Made by a program: the position numbers and the translations under genes. The notes beneath the pieces were generated by a model. The model was not told where the DNA came from. It searched no databases and saw only the letters and a list, made by a program, of their open reading frames with translations. Shown here piece by piece: positions 18,611-28,522 of a stretch of DNA of 64,000 bases (positions within the stretch are counted from its first letter, which is position 1; each line of letters opens with the position of its first letter). Origin of the DNA: Euryarchaeota archaeon UBA443 (GTDB lineage: Archaea; Thermoplasmatota; Poseidoniia; Poseidoniales; Poseidoniaceae); assembly GCA_002499195.1 (NCBI GenBank), contig DAKS01000039.1, positions 11,720-75,719 of the forward strand, written 5' to 3'.

Positions 18611-20695
18611 ATGTCCGCTGATGATGGCCCATACATTCCAGCGGACCAGGAACCGAAGGAACTTACATTGCGTGTCCTTGTCGTAGGAGTAATTCTTGGA
18701 ATCTTAATGACTGCAGCAAACGCATATCTTGGACTGTATGCAGGGATGACGGTTTCAGCGAGTATTCCTGCTGCAGTCATGTCAATGCTAATTTTGCGTA
18801 GCATGTTCAAGGACGTAAGTATTCTCGAAAATAATGCTGTTCAAACGATGGCTAGTGCTGGTGAATCATTGGCAGCCGGTGTTATTTTCACCGTTCCAGC
18901 TATGCTCGTAATTGGAATATGGGTAGATATCGAATGGTTCCCAACCTTATCGATTGCTTTGCTAGGTGGACTTCTTGGAACAATGTTCACCATCGCATTA
19001 CGCCGTCTCTTCATTGTCGAGGAAGCCTTACCCTACCCGGAAGGAGTTGCCTGTAGAGAAGTTCTTGTGGCTGGGGAAGAAGGAGGCAGTGGTGCATTGG
19101 CGATCGTCTATGCTCTAGGAATCGGTGCTCTGTACGGGCTTATGGTCAAGGGATTCAAAGTCACACACCATTCTGCTGAGACAGCATTTGAATTCATGAA
19201 AACTAGGATGTATGCTGGTATTGACTTGTCAGTAGCACTACTATCTGTTGGTTTTATTGTCGGAATACGAATCGCATCATTCATATTTTTGGGTGGAATT
19301 ATTGGCTTTGGCATTTTAGTTCCACTCTTTGGATACTTGAACGGTTGGCCAGAATCGGACACCCTCGCTGGAGGATTTGACAAATTATGGCTTGAGCAAG
19401 TTCGTTACGTTGGAGTCGGAGCAATGGTTGTGGGAGGAATTTACACCCTCTGGAGCATGCGAAAAACCATTATCACTGGACTGAAAAAGTCCTTCGATCA
19501 AAGTAGTTCAGATTCAGAATTACATTTGCGAACAGAGAAGGATCTTCCAATGAAATGGGTCACTGTTACATGTGGAGTTCTTGTTGTCCTAACCTTCTTC
19601 TTCTACTGGCTCATTACGGGATCATTGCTTCTTTCTCTTGCGGGTGCCTTATTCCTTGCATTAGTGGCATTTTTCTTTGCCGCGGTTGCTGGCTACATCG
19701 CTGGCGTGGTCGGGTCAAGTAACTCACCTGTATCAGGAATGACAATTGCCACACTGTTATTCACCGTTGGACTTGTTTGGATTGTTGGCTCATTGATTCT
19801 TGACCTATCGCAAACCGAACTAATGTATGCAACATTACTGATCGCTGCTGTTGTTGCAAGCAGTGCAGCAATTGCAGGCGATGTGATGCAGGACCTCAAG
19901 ACCGGTCATATGGTAGGAGCAACTCCTTGGCGTCAACAAATAGCAGAGATTGTTGGAGTCATTACAGGTGCATTCGTGATTGGACCCACTATTGCCCTTT
20001 TGCACAAAGCATTCCAAATTTCATCTACTGCGTGTATCGCAACAAATGAACGAATTGGAGCGGGTTTGCAAGATCCAATCGATACACCTGATGGCTTCTA
20101 CGATTGTAACGATGCACTTTTTGCACCTCAAGCAGAACTTATTGGTGCGATTGTAAAAGGCGCATTTGTCGGAGATATGAATCTGCCAATGGTCTTCCTT
20201 GGTGCTGCACTTGCCGTCCTATTGATTCGTCTTTCAATGCCTGTGATGTCTGTAGCGATTGGAATTTATCTACCGTTGAAACTAAGCGTTCCAATTATGC
20301 TTGGTGGGATTTTGTCCTCACTAGCTATTGGTGCGGCTTACCTTAGAGTTGATGGAACCCTTGATCGGAAACCATCCAAGAAGGCAAAAGAAGCTGCAGC
20401 AGATGTAGAGAGCAGAGGAGTTCTAATCGGAGCCGGCTTTATCGCTGGAGAGTCAATTCTTGGAGTTCTAATAGCAGTTCTAATCGTACTAAATATTAAA
20501 CTCGACGAAGAGTTCGGTATTCACGAATTATCTCAATCATTATCCATTCTCTTCTTCGCATGGTTTGTTGGAGTATTCATTTGGTTGGCTACGAGAGCAC
20601 TTCCTGGAAGTGGAAATTTAGCAAAGGAGATTTTTACAACTGCAACTCACTCTATCAAGAAATTTATTCGTTCTCTGATTCCTCAATCCAAATAA
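18611..20695 (+). CDS. OPT-family oligopeptide transporter
   Basis: ELTLR, AANAYLGLYAG..SASIPAAV, ENNAVQT, LPYPEG, SNSPVSG, QDLKTG..GATPWRQQ, APQA. Confidence 0.92.
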   Translation: MSADDGPYIPADQEPKELTLRVLVVGVILGILMTAANAYLGLYAGMTVSASIPAAVMSMLILRSMFKDVSILENNAVQTMASAGESLAAGVIFTVPAMLVIGIWVDIEWFPTLSIALLGGLLGTMFTIALRRLFIVEEALPYPEGVACREVLVAGEEGGSGALAIVYALGIGALYGLMVKGFKVTHHSAETAFEFMKTRMYAGIDLSVALLSVGFIVGIRIASFIFLGGIIGFGILVPLFGYLNGWPESDTLAGGFDKLWLEQVRYVGVGAMVVGGIYTLWSMRKTIITGLKKSFDQSSSDSELHLRTEKDLPMKWVTVTCGVLVVLTFFFYWLITGSLLLSLAGALFLALVAFFFAAVAGYIAGVVGSSNSPVSGMTIATLLFTVGLVWIVGSLILDLSQTELMYATLLIAAVVASSAAIAGDVMQDLKTGHMVGATPWRQQIAEIVGVITGAFVIGPTIALLHKAFQISSTACIATNERIGAGLQDPIDTPDGFYDCNDALFAPQAELIGAIVKGAFVGDMNLPMVFLGAALAVLLIRLSMPVMSVAIGIYLPLKLSVPIMLGGILSSLAIGAAYLRVDGTLDRKPSKKAKEAAADVESRGVLIGAGFIAGESILGVLIAVLIVLNIKLDEEFGIHELSQSLSILFFAWFVGVFIWLATRALPGSGNLAKEIFTTATHSIKKFIRSLIPQSK

Positions 20696-20748
20696 TTCAA
20701 CGGCAATTATGAAAGGCTCAAAGCGATGGCCAATGTTTACTGGTCATC

Positions 20749-21573
20749 ATGTCTGCTTCGATTTCAGAATTGGAAGAACTCGCCCGACGTTGCCGAATTG
20801 AAATTGTCAAAATGGTTTATCGTGCCCAAGCAGGACACCCAGGAGGGTCACTATCTGAAATCGACCTCATTGCAGCCCTTTATTCAACGACCATGCGTGT
20901 GCGACCAGAAGACCCAGACTGGGCTGATAGAGATCGCTTCATTCTCTCAAAGGGACATGCTTCACCAGGGATGTATGCATTACTCGCTGAGAAAGGATTC
21001 ATTCAGCACCAAGATTTGCATTCTTACCGTGTTCTCGGAGGAATTTGCCAAGGACACGTGGATATGAAGTGGTGTCCTGGAGTCGATTTCAGTGCAGGCA
21101 GTCTAGGAATGGGCCTTTCGTTTGGTATGGGATGCGCACTTGCAGCACGTCTTGATGGAAGTGAACGTCGAGCGTTCGTCATGCTCGGTGATGGAGAAAT
21201 TCAAGAAGGTTCAATCTGGGAAGCGGCAATGGCTGCAACACACCATGAATTGGGGAACTTGAAGGTAATTCTCGATCGTAATAGAATTCAGAACGACGAT
21301 TTTTGCCAAGAACAGATGCGCATGTTCGACATTCCTGCAAAATGGAAAGCATTCGGCTGGAATGTAAAGGAAATTGATGGCCACAATATGGAAGAGATTG
21401 TTGAAGGAATTAAATTCCTGGATTCTTCGAATGATGGCCCATCTATTTTGATTGCTCATACGATAAAGGGTAAAGGCGTCTCCTTCATGGAAGACAATCC
21501 ATCGTTCCATGGGGCGGCTCCAAATGATGAGCAATATGCTCTGGCTATGAGCGAACTAGGGGTGGTTGAATGA
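20749..21573 (+). CDS. Transketolase N-terminal subunit
   Basis: GHPGGSLS, DRFILSKGH, GSLGMG, GDGEIQEG..WEA, TIKGKG. Confidence 0.95.
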   Translation: MSASISELEELARRCRIEIVKMVYRAQAGHPGGSLSEIDLIAALYSTTMRVRPEDPDWADRDRFILSKGHASPGMYALLAEKGFIQHQDLHSYRVLGGICQGHVDMKWCPGVDFSAGSLGMGLSFGMGCALAARLDGSERRAFVMLGDGEIQEGSIWEAAMAATHHELGNLKVILDRNRIQNDDFCQEQMRMFDIPAKWKAFGWNVKEIDGHNMEEIVEGIKFLDSSNDGPSILIAHTIKGKGVSFMEDNPSFHGAAPNDEQYALAMSELGVVE

Positions 21574-22508
21574 GTCGCATGGCTGCAACACGTGATGGTT
21601 ACGGCCAAGCCCTACTCGAATTAGCGGATAATGATCGAGTTGTTGTATTGGAAGCCGATCTTGGTAAATCAACAAAATCGCTCCACTTTAGAAAAGAATA
21701 TCCTGAGCGAACAATATCATGCGGAATTGGTGAGCAGAATATGCTACTAGTATCTGCTGGAATGGCTTCTAGCGGTTACATTCCATTCGCCTCAACATTT
21801 GCTATCTTTACAGAACGAGCCTTTGAACAGATGCGCAATGGTGTTGCTCGACCAAACCTAGCGGTTCATTTGTGTGGTTCTCACGGAGGCACACACACTG
21901 GAACTGATGGTTCTTCAGCTCAATCGATAGAGGATTTAGCAATCTATAGAACATTGCCTAACGTTACGGTTTTGCATCCTTGTGACGATGTAAGTACGCG
22001 ATTGCTGACCAAACAACTTGCTGATTCCAACAAACCATCCTATATGCGAACTGCGAGAAACAAAACTCCAGTTCTCTATGACGATGTAGATCAAAGTACA
22101 ATTCAAATCGGCAAGGGTATTGAACTTCGTGAAGGAAATGATGTTGCGATTATTGCATGTGGAGTTCTTGTATCTGAAGCACTCAAGGCGGCTGAAGATT
22201 TGAGCCAACAAGGCATCCAAGCTACCGTTATCGACATGCATACTATCAAGCCGCTCGATACAGATTTAGTCGACAAAGTGGCCTCAAGATGTGGTGCTAT
22301 CGTCACAGCAGAAGATCACTCGGTCATCGGTGGACTTGGTGGAGCAGTTTCCGAGCATCTTTCCACATCATCATGTACACCATTGGAGCGTGTTGGAGTT
22401 AAGGATCGATTTGGAGAATCGGGACAAGCCGACGAGATGTTGGAACTTATGGAGCTGAGCGCACCACACATTGCAAAGGCAGCACATCGCGCTATGAATC
22501 GCAAATGA
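21570..22508 (+). CDS. Transketolase C-terminal subunit
   Basis: ADL..ST, GIGEQNM, TIKPLD, EDHSVIGGLG, FGESG; ATGA overlap with the previous gene. Confidence 0.95.
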   Translation: MSRMAATRDGYGQALLELADNDRVVVLEADLGKSTKSLHFRKEYPERTISCGIGEQNMLLVSAGMASSGYIPFASTFAIFTERAFEQMRNGVARPNLAVHLCGSHGGTHTGTDGSSAQSIEDLAIYRTLPNVTVLHPCDDVSTRLLTKQLADSNKPSYMRTARNKTPVLYDDVDQSTIQIGKGIELREGNDVAIIACGVLVSEALKAAEDLSQQGIQATVIDMHTIKPLDTDLVDKVASRCGAIVTAEDHSVIGGLGGAVSEHLSTSSCTPLERVGVKDRFGESGQADEMLELMELSAPHIAKAAHRAMNRK

Positions 22509-22521
22509 GGCAACCATCATA

Positions 22522-22528
22522 TTCAAGA
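22522..22528 (+). promoter_or_regulatory. TATA-position element TTCAAGA, 29 nt before tal ATG
   Basis: Recurring motif and offset. Confidence 0.6.
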
Positions 22529-22550
22529 AGCGCCAATTCAAGGAACTCTC

Positions 22551-23210
22551 ATGGAGTTCTTCCTTGATACCGCCGATGTTGATGAAATTCGTGAGATTGC
22601 TGCTTGGGGAATCCTCGACGGAGTGACAACCAATCCTAGTTTGATCAAAAAAAGTGGTCGTGATTTCAAAGAAGTTGTTCGAGAAATTGCAGGGATTTGT
22701 TCTGGACCGATTTCAGCAGAAGTCACAGCAATGGATACGCAAGGAATGCTTGAACAAGCACGCCAGTTAAAATCGGAACTACCTGAAAATGTTATCATAA
22801 AAATTCCATGCACTCCCGAAGGGCTTGCTGCAACCAAAGTTCTTACCGAGGAAGGTGTCGATACCAACGTAACACTCATCTTTTCAGCATCTCAAGCACT
22901 GATGGCGGCTAAGGCAGGAGCTACCTATGTTTCACCATTCATTGGTCGTATCGATGATACTGGGCATGAGGGTATGAATCTCATCGCAGAGATTATGGAA
23001 ACCTGGGCAAGGTATGATGTATCGACAAAAGTACTGGCAGCATCTATTCGCCACCCCACACATGTCTTGCAATGCATGCAACTTGGAGCCCATACGGCAA
23101 CAATGCCAGCCAAGATTTTCCGACAGTTGATGAAACATCCACTTACAGACAAAGGACTGGAAGGTTTCATGCGTGACTGGGCCGAAGTTGAGGCGGCAGG
23201 CAAGGCCTGA
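22551..23210 (+). CDS. tal: Transaldolase (TalC/FSA family)
   Basis: [44 protein letters not shown]; follows transketolase. Confidence 0.93.
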   Translation: MEFFLDTADVDEIREIAAWGILDGVTTNPSLIKKSGRDFKEVVREIAGICSGPISAEVTAMDTQGMLEQARQLKSELPENVIIKIPCTPEGLAATKVLTEEGVDTNVTLIFSASQALMAAKAGATYVSPFIGRIDDTGHEGMNLIAEIMETWARYDVSTKVLAASIRHPTHVLQCMQLGAHTATMPAKIFRQLMKHPLTDKGLEGFMRDWAEVEAAGKA

Positions 23211-23279
23211 GAATTAAAACTCAAGAAAAGGAGCCTTCATCAATGATGGGGCATCAGCCCATACCACTGAGGGAGCGTC

Positions 23280-23849
23280 GTGAGTGATATTCAGGAGCGT
23301 CTGCAAAAACTTCTCGATGGAGAGTTGGATGCTGCTGAAGTTGCCGAAGATCCTGCACTTGCATCTCTTGCAGATCGTCTTTATGGAATTAAAATTCAAC
23401 CCGCTACGCCTAAGAAAATAAGAGATTTTGATGAGCAAACAACTGCCCCGTCTGCACCACTACCCGCTACAGAAATGATGATCGAAGTAATTGGAGATGT
23501 TGCATTGGAGCACCCTCCTGCACCTACAGCAGAACTTCCTGCACTTGCACCCATTCCGACTGCAGGGAAAGATGACAAATCCTTTGGCATGATGAGTTTC
23601 ATTTCCATAATCGGTCTACTCGCCGTTATCGCCAACATGTTTGGCTACCTTCACTCTCTTGTCGGTTCAATGTGCACCAACGCATGTGCAAATGAAGGAC
23701 ATACGAAGATGAATCTTCTTGAAATTTACCGACTTGATTCAACAAACGGTTGGAGCCTTCCAGTTACTGAAGGCGTAATTGGAATCCCCGATATTGCTGC
23801 TATCATCGGCTTGTTGGCAATGGTCTTCCTCTTGCGTAAGAAGTCCTGA
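23280..23849 (+). CDS. Hypothetical two-TM membrane protein
   Basis: GTG start after GAGGGAG; two hydrophobic helices; ends LLRKKS. Confidence 0.65.
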   Translation: MSDIQERLQKLLDGELDAAEVAEDPALASLADRLYGIKIQPATPKKIRDFDEQTTAPSAPLPATEMMIEVIGDVALEHPPAPTAELPALAPIPTAGKDDKSFGMMSFISIIGLLAVIANMFGYLHSLVGSMCTNACANEGHTKMNLLEIYRLDSTNGWSLPVTEGVIGIPDIAAIIGLLAMVFLLRKKS

Positions 23850-23911
23850 AGACGTTGAACAAACGGTTTTTTCTCCGTCATCTTGATGAGCAGGTGCAGA
23901 AAGGAACCACC

Positions 23912-25438
23912 ATGGGCAAACCAGCGAAGGCCAAGAGGGGGATTCCAAGCAAAGTTGAAGATTTCAACGCTTGGTATCCATTCATCGTTGAAGCTGCTGA
24001 ACTTGTTGACAAGCGTTATCCAATCAAAGGGATGGATGTTTGGAGGCCATATGGATGGAAAGCCATGAGGCAAATCGATGCTCTCACACATTCAGAAATG
24101 GACCGAACAGGACACGAAGAAGTCAACTTCCCACTCCTTATCCCCGAGGATTTACTTGAGAAAGAAAATGCTCTCGTATCTAGATTGAAGCGGGCTAGAG
24201 AAGAGGGAGTTGATCCTGATGAACTTCGCGATGAAGATGAGGAAGCAGGATTCAAGAAAGAAGTCTATTGGGTGAAGCATGCTGGTGAAAATGAACTCGA
24301 CATACCCATGTTTTTACGACCGACCAGCGAGACTGCAATGTACACGATGTTCCCATTATGGATAAGGAGTCACAAGGATTTACCATTGAAAGTATACCAA
24401 ATGGTCAATACATTTCGTTATGAGACTAAACAAACTCGCTCCTTTATTCGCGTCCGAGAAATTCATTTCTTTGAAGCACATACTGCACATGCTAATGAAG
24501 AGGATGCTACGCGACAAATCGAGCAGGATTTGGAAATTGTTGATCGATTGATGGAGAAACTTTGCCTCCCAATAATCAAAGCAAAACGACCGGTATGGGA
24601 CACGTTTCCTGGCGCTCATTATACGATTGGTATCGATGCTGTCATGCCAAATGGTCGAACCCTACAAGTTGCAAGTTGCCACCATTATCTCGACCAATGG
24701 GCAAAAGCATTCGATATTACATATGAGAATCTCGAAGCCAAGCAACAACACGTCCATCAAACAACGTATGGAATGTCAGAACGTTTGCTTGGCGCGGTTG
24801 TTGGTATGCATGGAGATGATTCTGGACTTATCATGCCTCCTGCTATCGCTCCATGGCAAGTTGTTGTATGCCCGATGATTCGGAAGAATTCCGATGTAGA
24901 TACTGTCGCAATTTCACATGAAGTTGCCGAGACTCTTCGAAACGCAGGATTGCGCGTTCACGTCGATGACCGAGATCTTCATCCTGGACAGAAATATTAC
25001 GATTGGGAGATTAAAGGTGTTCCACTGAGACTAGATATTGGACCTCGTGATGTAGAGCAAGGTACTGCATTTGCTGCAAAGCGCACAGGAGGAAAACAGC
25101 CACTACCAATGGATAATATCGTCCAATCTGTTAATGAAGTATTGGACGAAATCTCGGAAGTTCTCCGAGGCCGATCAAGCGAACATATGGAACATGTCAT
25201 TCAGCCTCTGCCCGGATTTGTTGAGAATGACGGGGAATGGAGCATGAATGGTGAAGTGAAAGAAGGTCACATCTACGAGTTACCGTTTGATGGCACAGAT
25301 GCACATGCAGAGGTTATCGAACGAACAACTGGTTTGACATTCTTAGGTGATTCAACCGATGAATATGCGGATGAGCGACCTTGTCACATGAGTGGAAAAC
25401 CCACAAAACGTCGAGTTCTTCTTGCAAAGACCTACTGA
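23912..25438 (+). CDS. proS: Proline--tRNA ligase (archaeal/eukaryotic type)
   Basis: LRPTSET, DLPLK, FRYE..FIRVRE, HQTTYGMSERLLG, HGDD.GL..PP, WEIKGVPLR, ends AKTY. Confidence 0.96.
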   Translation: MGKPAKAKRGIPSKVEDFNAWYPFIVEAAELVDKRYPIKGMDVWRPYGWKAMRQIDALTHSEMDRTGHEEVNFPLLIPEDLLEKENALVSRLKRAREEGVDPDELRDEDEEAGFKKEVYWVKHAGENELDIPMFLRPTSETAMYTMFPLWIRSHKDLPLKVYQMVNTFRYETKQTRSFIRVREIHFFEAHTAHANEEDATRQIEQDLEIVDRLMEKLCLPIIKAKRPVWDTFPGAHYTIGIDAVMPNGRTLQVASCHHYLDQWAKAFDITYENLEAKQQHVHQTTYGMSERLLGAVVGMHGDDSGLIMPPAIAPWQVVVCPMIRKNSDVDTVAISHEVAETLRNAGLRVHVDDRDLHPGQKYYDWEIKGVPLRLDIGPRDVEQGTAFAAKRTGGKQPLPMDNIVQSVNEVLDEISEVLRGRSSEHMEHVIQPLPGFVENDGEWSMNGEVKEGHIYELPFDGTDAHAEVIERTTGLTFLGDSTDEYADERPCHMSGKPTKRRVLLAKTY

Positions 25439-25770
25439 TTTTGAAGAAATTCAAGAATCAATTCGGGCGGTCGACCAATAACTGCTTGTCCATTGTGGAT
25501 CAAAACTGGACGTTCCAAGCACTTTGGTTGTTCAAGAATTAATTGTTGTATCGATTTGGCATCCAAATTCTTGACATCAAAATCTCCAACTACATCTTTC
25601 CTGCGAACGATGTTTGATAGTGTTGATAAAATCACAACATCGCTGGAATCAATTCCTTCCGTAAGGTAGCGATAGTCTTCAAATTCAAATCCTGCTTCTG
25701 TAAGTAATGCAACCGCTTGTCTTGATTTGGAACATTTTGGATTGTGGTAAAGACGCATATGATCACGCAT
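25432..25770 (-). CDS. arsC: ArsC-family (glutaredoxin-type arsenate reductase-like) protein
   Basis: YHNPKCSKSR, LERPVL, IGRPPE. Confidence 0.8.
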   Translation of the reverse strand: MRDHMRLYHNPKCSKSRQAVALLTEAGFEFEDYRYLTEGIDSSDVVILSTLSNIVRRKDVVGDFDVKNLDAKSIQQLILEQPKCLERPVLIHNGQAVIGRPPELILEFLQNQ

Positions 25771-25773
25771 TCA

Positions 25774-27144
25774 TCACATACCGAAAGAAGATGGGTCCAT
25801 GTCCATCTCACCATCTTTCATCATCTTACGCATTTGCTTGTTCAACTTGCGGTTTCCACCCATACCCTTCATCATCTTTCGAGAACGTTTCCATTGTGCG
25901 ATAAGTTCCCTGACATCTTTTTCCTTGACGCCGGAACCTCGAGCAATTCTCTGTATTCGCTCCGCCTTGATCTTAGCAGGTTCGTTCTTTTCCCAGGCAG
26001 TCATAGAATCCATAATTGTTCGATAGCGATCAAGATTGCCCTGCATCGCTTCTTTTTGTGATTTCGACATACCACCTAGGCCACCAAACATACTTCCTGG
26101 TAAGAACGACATGAGTTTGTCGATAGTACCTACCTTAGCCATCATTTCCATTTGTTTGTACATGTCATTAAGCGTAAATCGTCCTGACATCAGACGTTGA
26201 GTTAGACGCATTGCCTCTTCTTCATCCAAATCTTCTGGTGCAAGATCGATAAGTCCACGAATATCTCCCATTCCAAGCAATCGTGATATGAATCGGTCCG
26301 CTTCGAATTTCTCAAGATCTGATACCTTCTCACCAACACCGATGTGAACCAATGGAGCACCTGTTGCAGCAACTGCTGACAAGGCGCCACCACCACGAGC
26401 AGTACCATCCAATTTTGTAACAACAATTCCTGTCACACCAGCAAGATCGTGGAATGAGGCTGCCACAGGACCTGCAGCCTGTCCAACTTGAGCATCGATT
26501 ACCAACCAACGTTCCGTAGCTCTAGTTATCGAAGCAATTCGTTCCAATTCCTCGACAAGTTCCTCGTCCAGTTGGTGGCGACCTGCAGTATCGACGATGA
26601 CGAGATCTGCGGCAGCACAGGCAGCCAAACCATTACGAACAATTGTTGCTGCATCCTTTTCATCGGGTTCACCATAAACAGTTACACTAGAATCTTCAAG
26701 CAGTTGCGATAACTGAGCGTAAGCACCTGGTCGGTGAACGTCAGCTTCGATGACAGCGACACGCAAACCGTGCTTTTTTCGATACCACTCTGCCAATTTT
26801 GCTGTCGTCGTGGTTTTACCTTGACCGTACAGGCCCACAAGAAGAAGTGTTGCGCCACGTGGTTGGAATTCATGACTGCTCCCAAGAATTCGGACCAATT
26901 CGAGATAGAGAATGTTCATCGCCTGTGTTTGAAGATCGATTCCAGGTCGAGGCTCTTCCTCACGCATTCTCTCTTCCAAACGATCGACGATTTCCTTGGT
27001 CTGCCTTACGTTGAAATCAGCTTCTTGCAAGGCCCGACGAAGACTCTTTGTCATCTCCTTGAGTTCTTCCTCATTGAGTCGACGCTTACTTCGAAGAAGA
27101 CCTAGGGAACGGAAAATCCCACGTGAGAGACCTTCAAGCGCCAT
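25774..27144 (-). CDS. srp54: Signal recognition particle 54 kDa protein
   Basis: ALQEADFN, GLYGQGKTTT, DTAGR, TKLDGTARGGGALS, RLLGMGD, Met-rich M domain, RIARGSG. Confidence 0.96.
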   Translation of the reverse strand: MALEGLSRGIFRSLGLLRSKRRLNEEELKEMTKSLRRALQEADFNVRQTKEIVDRLEERMREEEPRPGIDLQTQAMNILYLELVRILGSSHEFQPRGATLLLVGLYGQGKTTTTAKLAEWYRKKHGLRVAVIEADVHRPGAYAQLSQLLEDSSVTVYGEPDEKDAATIVRNGLAACAAADLVIVDTAGRHQLDEELVEELERIASITRATERWLVIDAQVGQAAGPVAASFHDLAGVTGIVVTKLDGTARGGGALSAVAATGAPLVHIGVGEKVSDLEKFEADRFISRLLGMGDIRGLIDLAPEDLDEEEAMRLTQRLMSGRFTLNDMYKQMEMMAKVGTIDKLMSFLPGSMFGGLGGMSKSQKEAMQGNLDRYRTIMDSMTAWEKNEPAKIKAERIQRIARGSGVKEKDVRELIAQWKRSRKMMKGMGGNRKLNKQMRKMMKDGEMDMDPSSFGM

Positions 27145-27185
27145 ACATTACCCACCAAGCCTTCTCCTTTCAATCCAACGGATGT

Positions 27186-28436
27186 TCACTCAGTGAGTGG
27201 TACTTCGAGTCGGAGTATATCATCCTCAAGTTTGGCCTTAACCTGTGTAGACTTTGCTGGTGATGTTGTTGGAATCGCATGCTCGCGTCCGTTTACACCA
27301 ACAAATAGGACCCCCTCCTCGCTCCGCAGCGAAAGATCTTCTCGTTGCAATCCAGGGAAATGAAGATTAATGATTTCAACACCATCTCCTTGTTCGATGT
27401 ATGTTCCACGATGAATTGAGTGTTTCAATCGATCTCCTACTGCATAGGGGCCGAGTTCTTCGGAGAGGGTTTTTGGCTCACCATACAACAAAGTTCCATA
27501 ATTACGCAAACGTTCCAAACCTTGGACTTCTGAATCAAATAATTCCATGGTAGTTACCGGTATATCGAGCGTTTCTTCCAATTCAGCAATATGGGCCTGT
27601 TCTTCAGTTCTCCTCCTTTGCAAGAAAGGATGGTCAAGTTCTGGCGTGACTCGATTCACCAGACAACCCGTTACTGGAAGTTCGTATTCGTTAAGCGATA
27701 CATTGGCACGTACTGTCTCGTTTACCCCCATACGCTCAGGTATTGTAACAAGTGTAAACGATGTTGTTGATGAATCGCTTAACACTCGGCGAACGTGAAG
27801 AACTCGACGACGGAATCGCTCCAACTCTTCTTTCATAGCATCACTTTGCTTTCTCCCAAATAGCATGGAGCGAATACCACCAGAAACTCGCATCATTCGA
27901 AGCAATCGACCCGACCACGCTTCGATCAGTTCTGGTAAGGAAAGGAAACGTAGCGTATGTCCTGTAGGAGCTGTATCGAAAACAATTACATCCCATGCAG
28001 GATTTTCAACATGTTTGAGTAGTTCGTCAAAGGCAATCGCCTCGTCAAGACCGGGGAGTACCAATTCACTCGAATCTACTTCTTCTTTGATCGAAGCCAT
28101 CTCTTCTTTAGCGGATTGATCAAACATTCCACCCATTCCCCCCAAAGCAGAAAAGGGCGAAGAAGACATTCCTGAGAGACTTTCACCGAGTTTGGGCATG
28201 AATGTCGATAACTTAGCCTCTGGATTCAATTCGAGACCAAAAAGACCCGGGACTCCTTCAACTGGTGTTGGCTCAGAACCAAGGTCAACACCCAGTGAAT
28301 CAGATGTAGAATGAGCAGGATCACTAGAAACAAGCAGTACTTTGAGGCCCGAATCAGCAAGCCACACCGCGGTTGATGCGGAAGTTGTAGTTTTTCCAAC
28401 ACCGCCCTTGCCGCCAAACAGCAACAACCTCGCCAT
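27186..28436 (-). CDS. ArsA/Get3-family ATPase with C-terminal HSP20-like domain
   Basis: GGKGGVGKTT, SSDPAHS, PGLDE, DTAPTGHTLRFL; C-terminal LHFPGL.REDLSL..KAKLEDDILRLEVP. Confidence 0.88.
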   Translation of the reverse strand: MARLLLFGGKGGVGKTTTSASTAVWLADSGLKVLLVSSDPAHSTSDSLGVDLGSEPTPVEGVPGLFGLELNPEAKLSTFMPKLGESLSGMSSSPFSALGGMGGMFDQSAKEEMASIKEEVDSSELVLPGLDEAIAFDELLKHVENPAWDVIVFDTAPTGHTLRFLSLPELIEAWSGRLLRMMRVSGGIRSMLFGRKQSDAMKEELERFRRRVLHVRRVLSDSSTTSFTLVTIPERMGVNETVRANVSLNEYELPVTGCLVNRVTPELDHPFLQRRRTEEQAHIAELEETLDIPVTTMELFDSEVQGLERLRNYGTLLYGEPKTLSEELGPYAVGDRLKHSIHRGTYIEQGDGVEIINLHFPGLQREDLSLRSEEGVLFVGVNGREHAIPTTSPAKSTQVKAKLEDDILRLEVPLTE

Positions 28437-28458
28437 GGTCATGACACATTGAGGGGGT

Positions 28459-28465
28459 GTTTGAA
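28459..28465 (-). promoter_or_regulatory. TATA-position element TTCAAAC, 29 nt before ATG 28436
   Basis: Recurring motif and offset; favours the second ATG as the start. Confidence 0.55.
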
Positions 28466-28522
28466 CTCATTGCCTCCATTTATTCCTAATCATCTTATGT
28501 AGGCGAGTCTTCAGGACAGATT

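Noticed and set aside
20749-22508. Frameshifted transketolase pseudogene
   Set aside because: Split two-subunit transketolase is common; ATGA coupling and an SD are present
25432-28442. Classical arsenic-resistance operon (arsA + arsC)
   Set aside because: ATPase is single-domain, lacks metalloid-binding cysteines, srp54 intervenes, and no arsB/acr3/arsR/arsD is present
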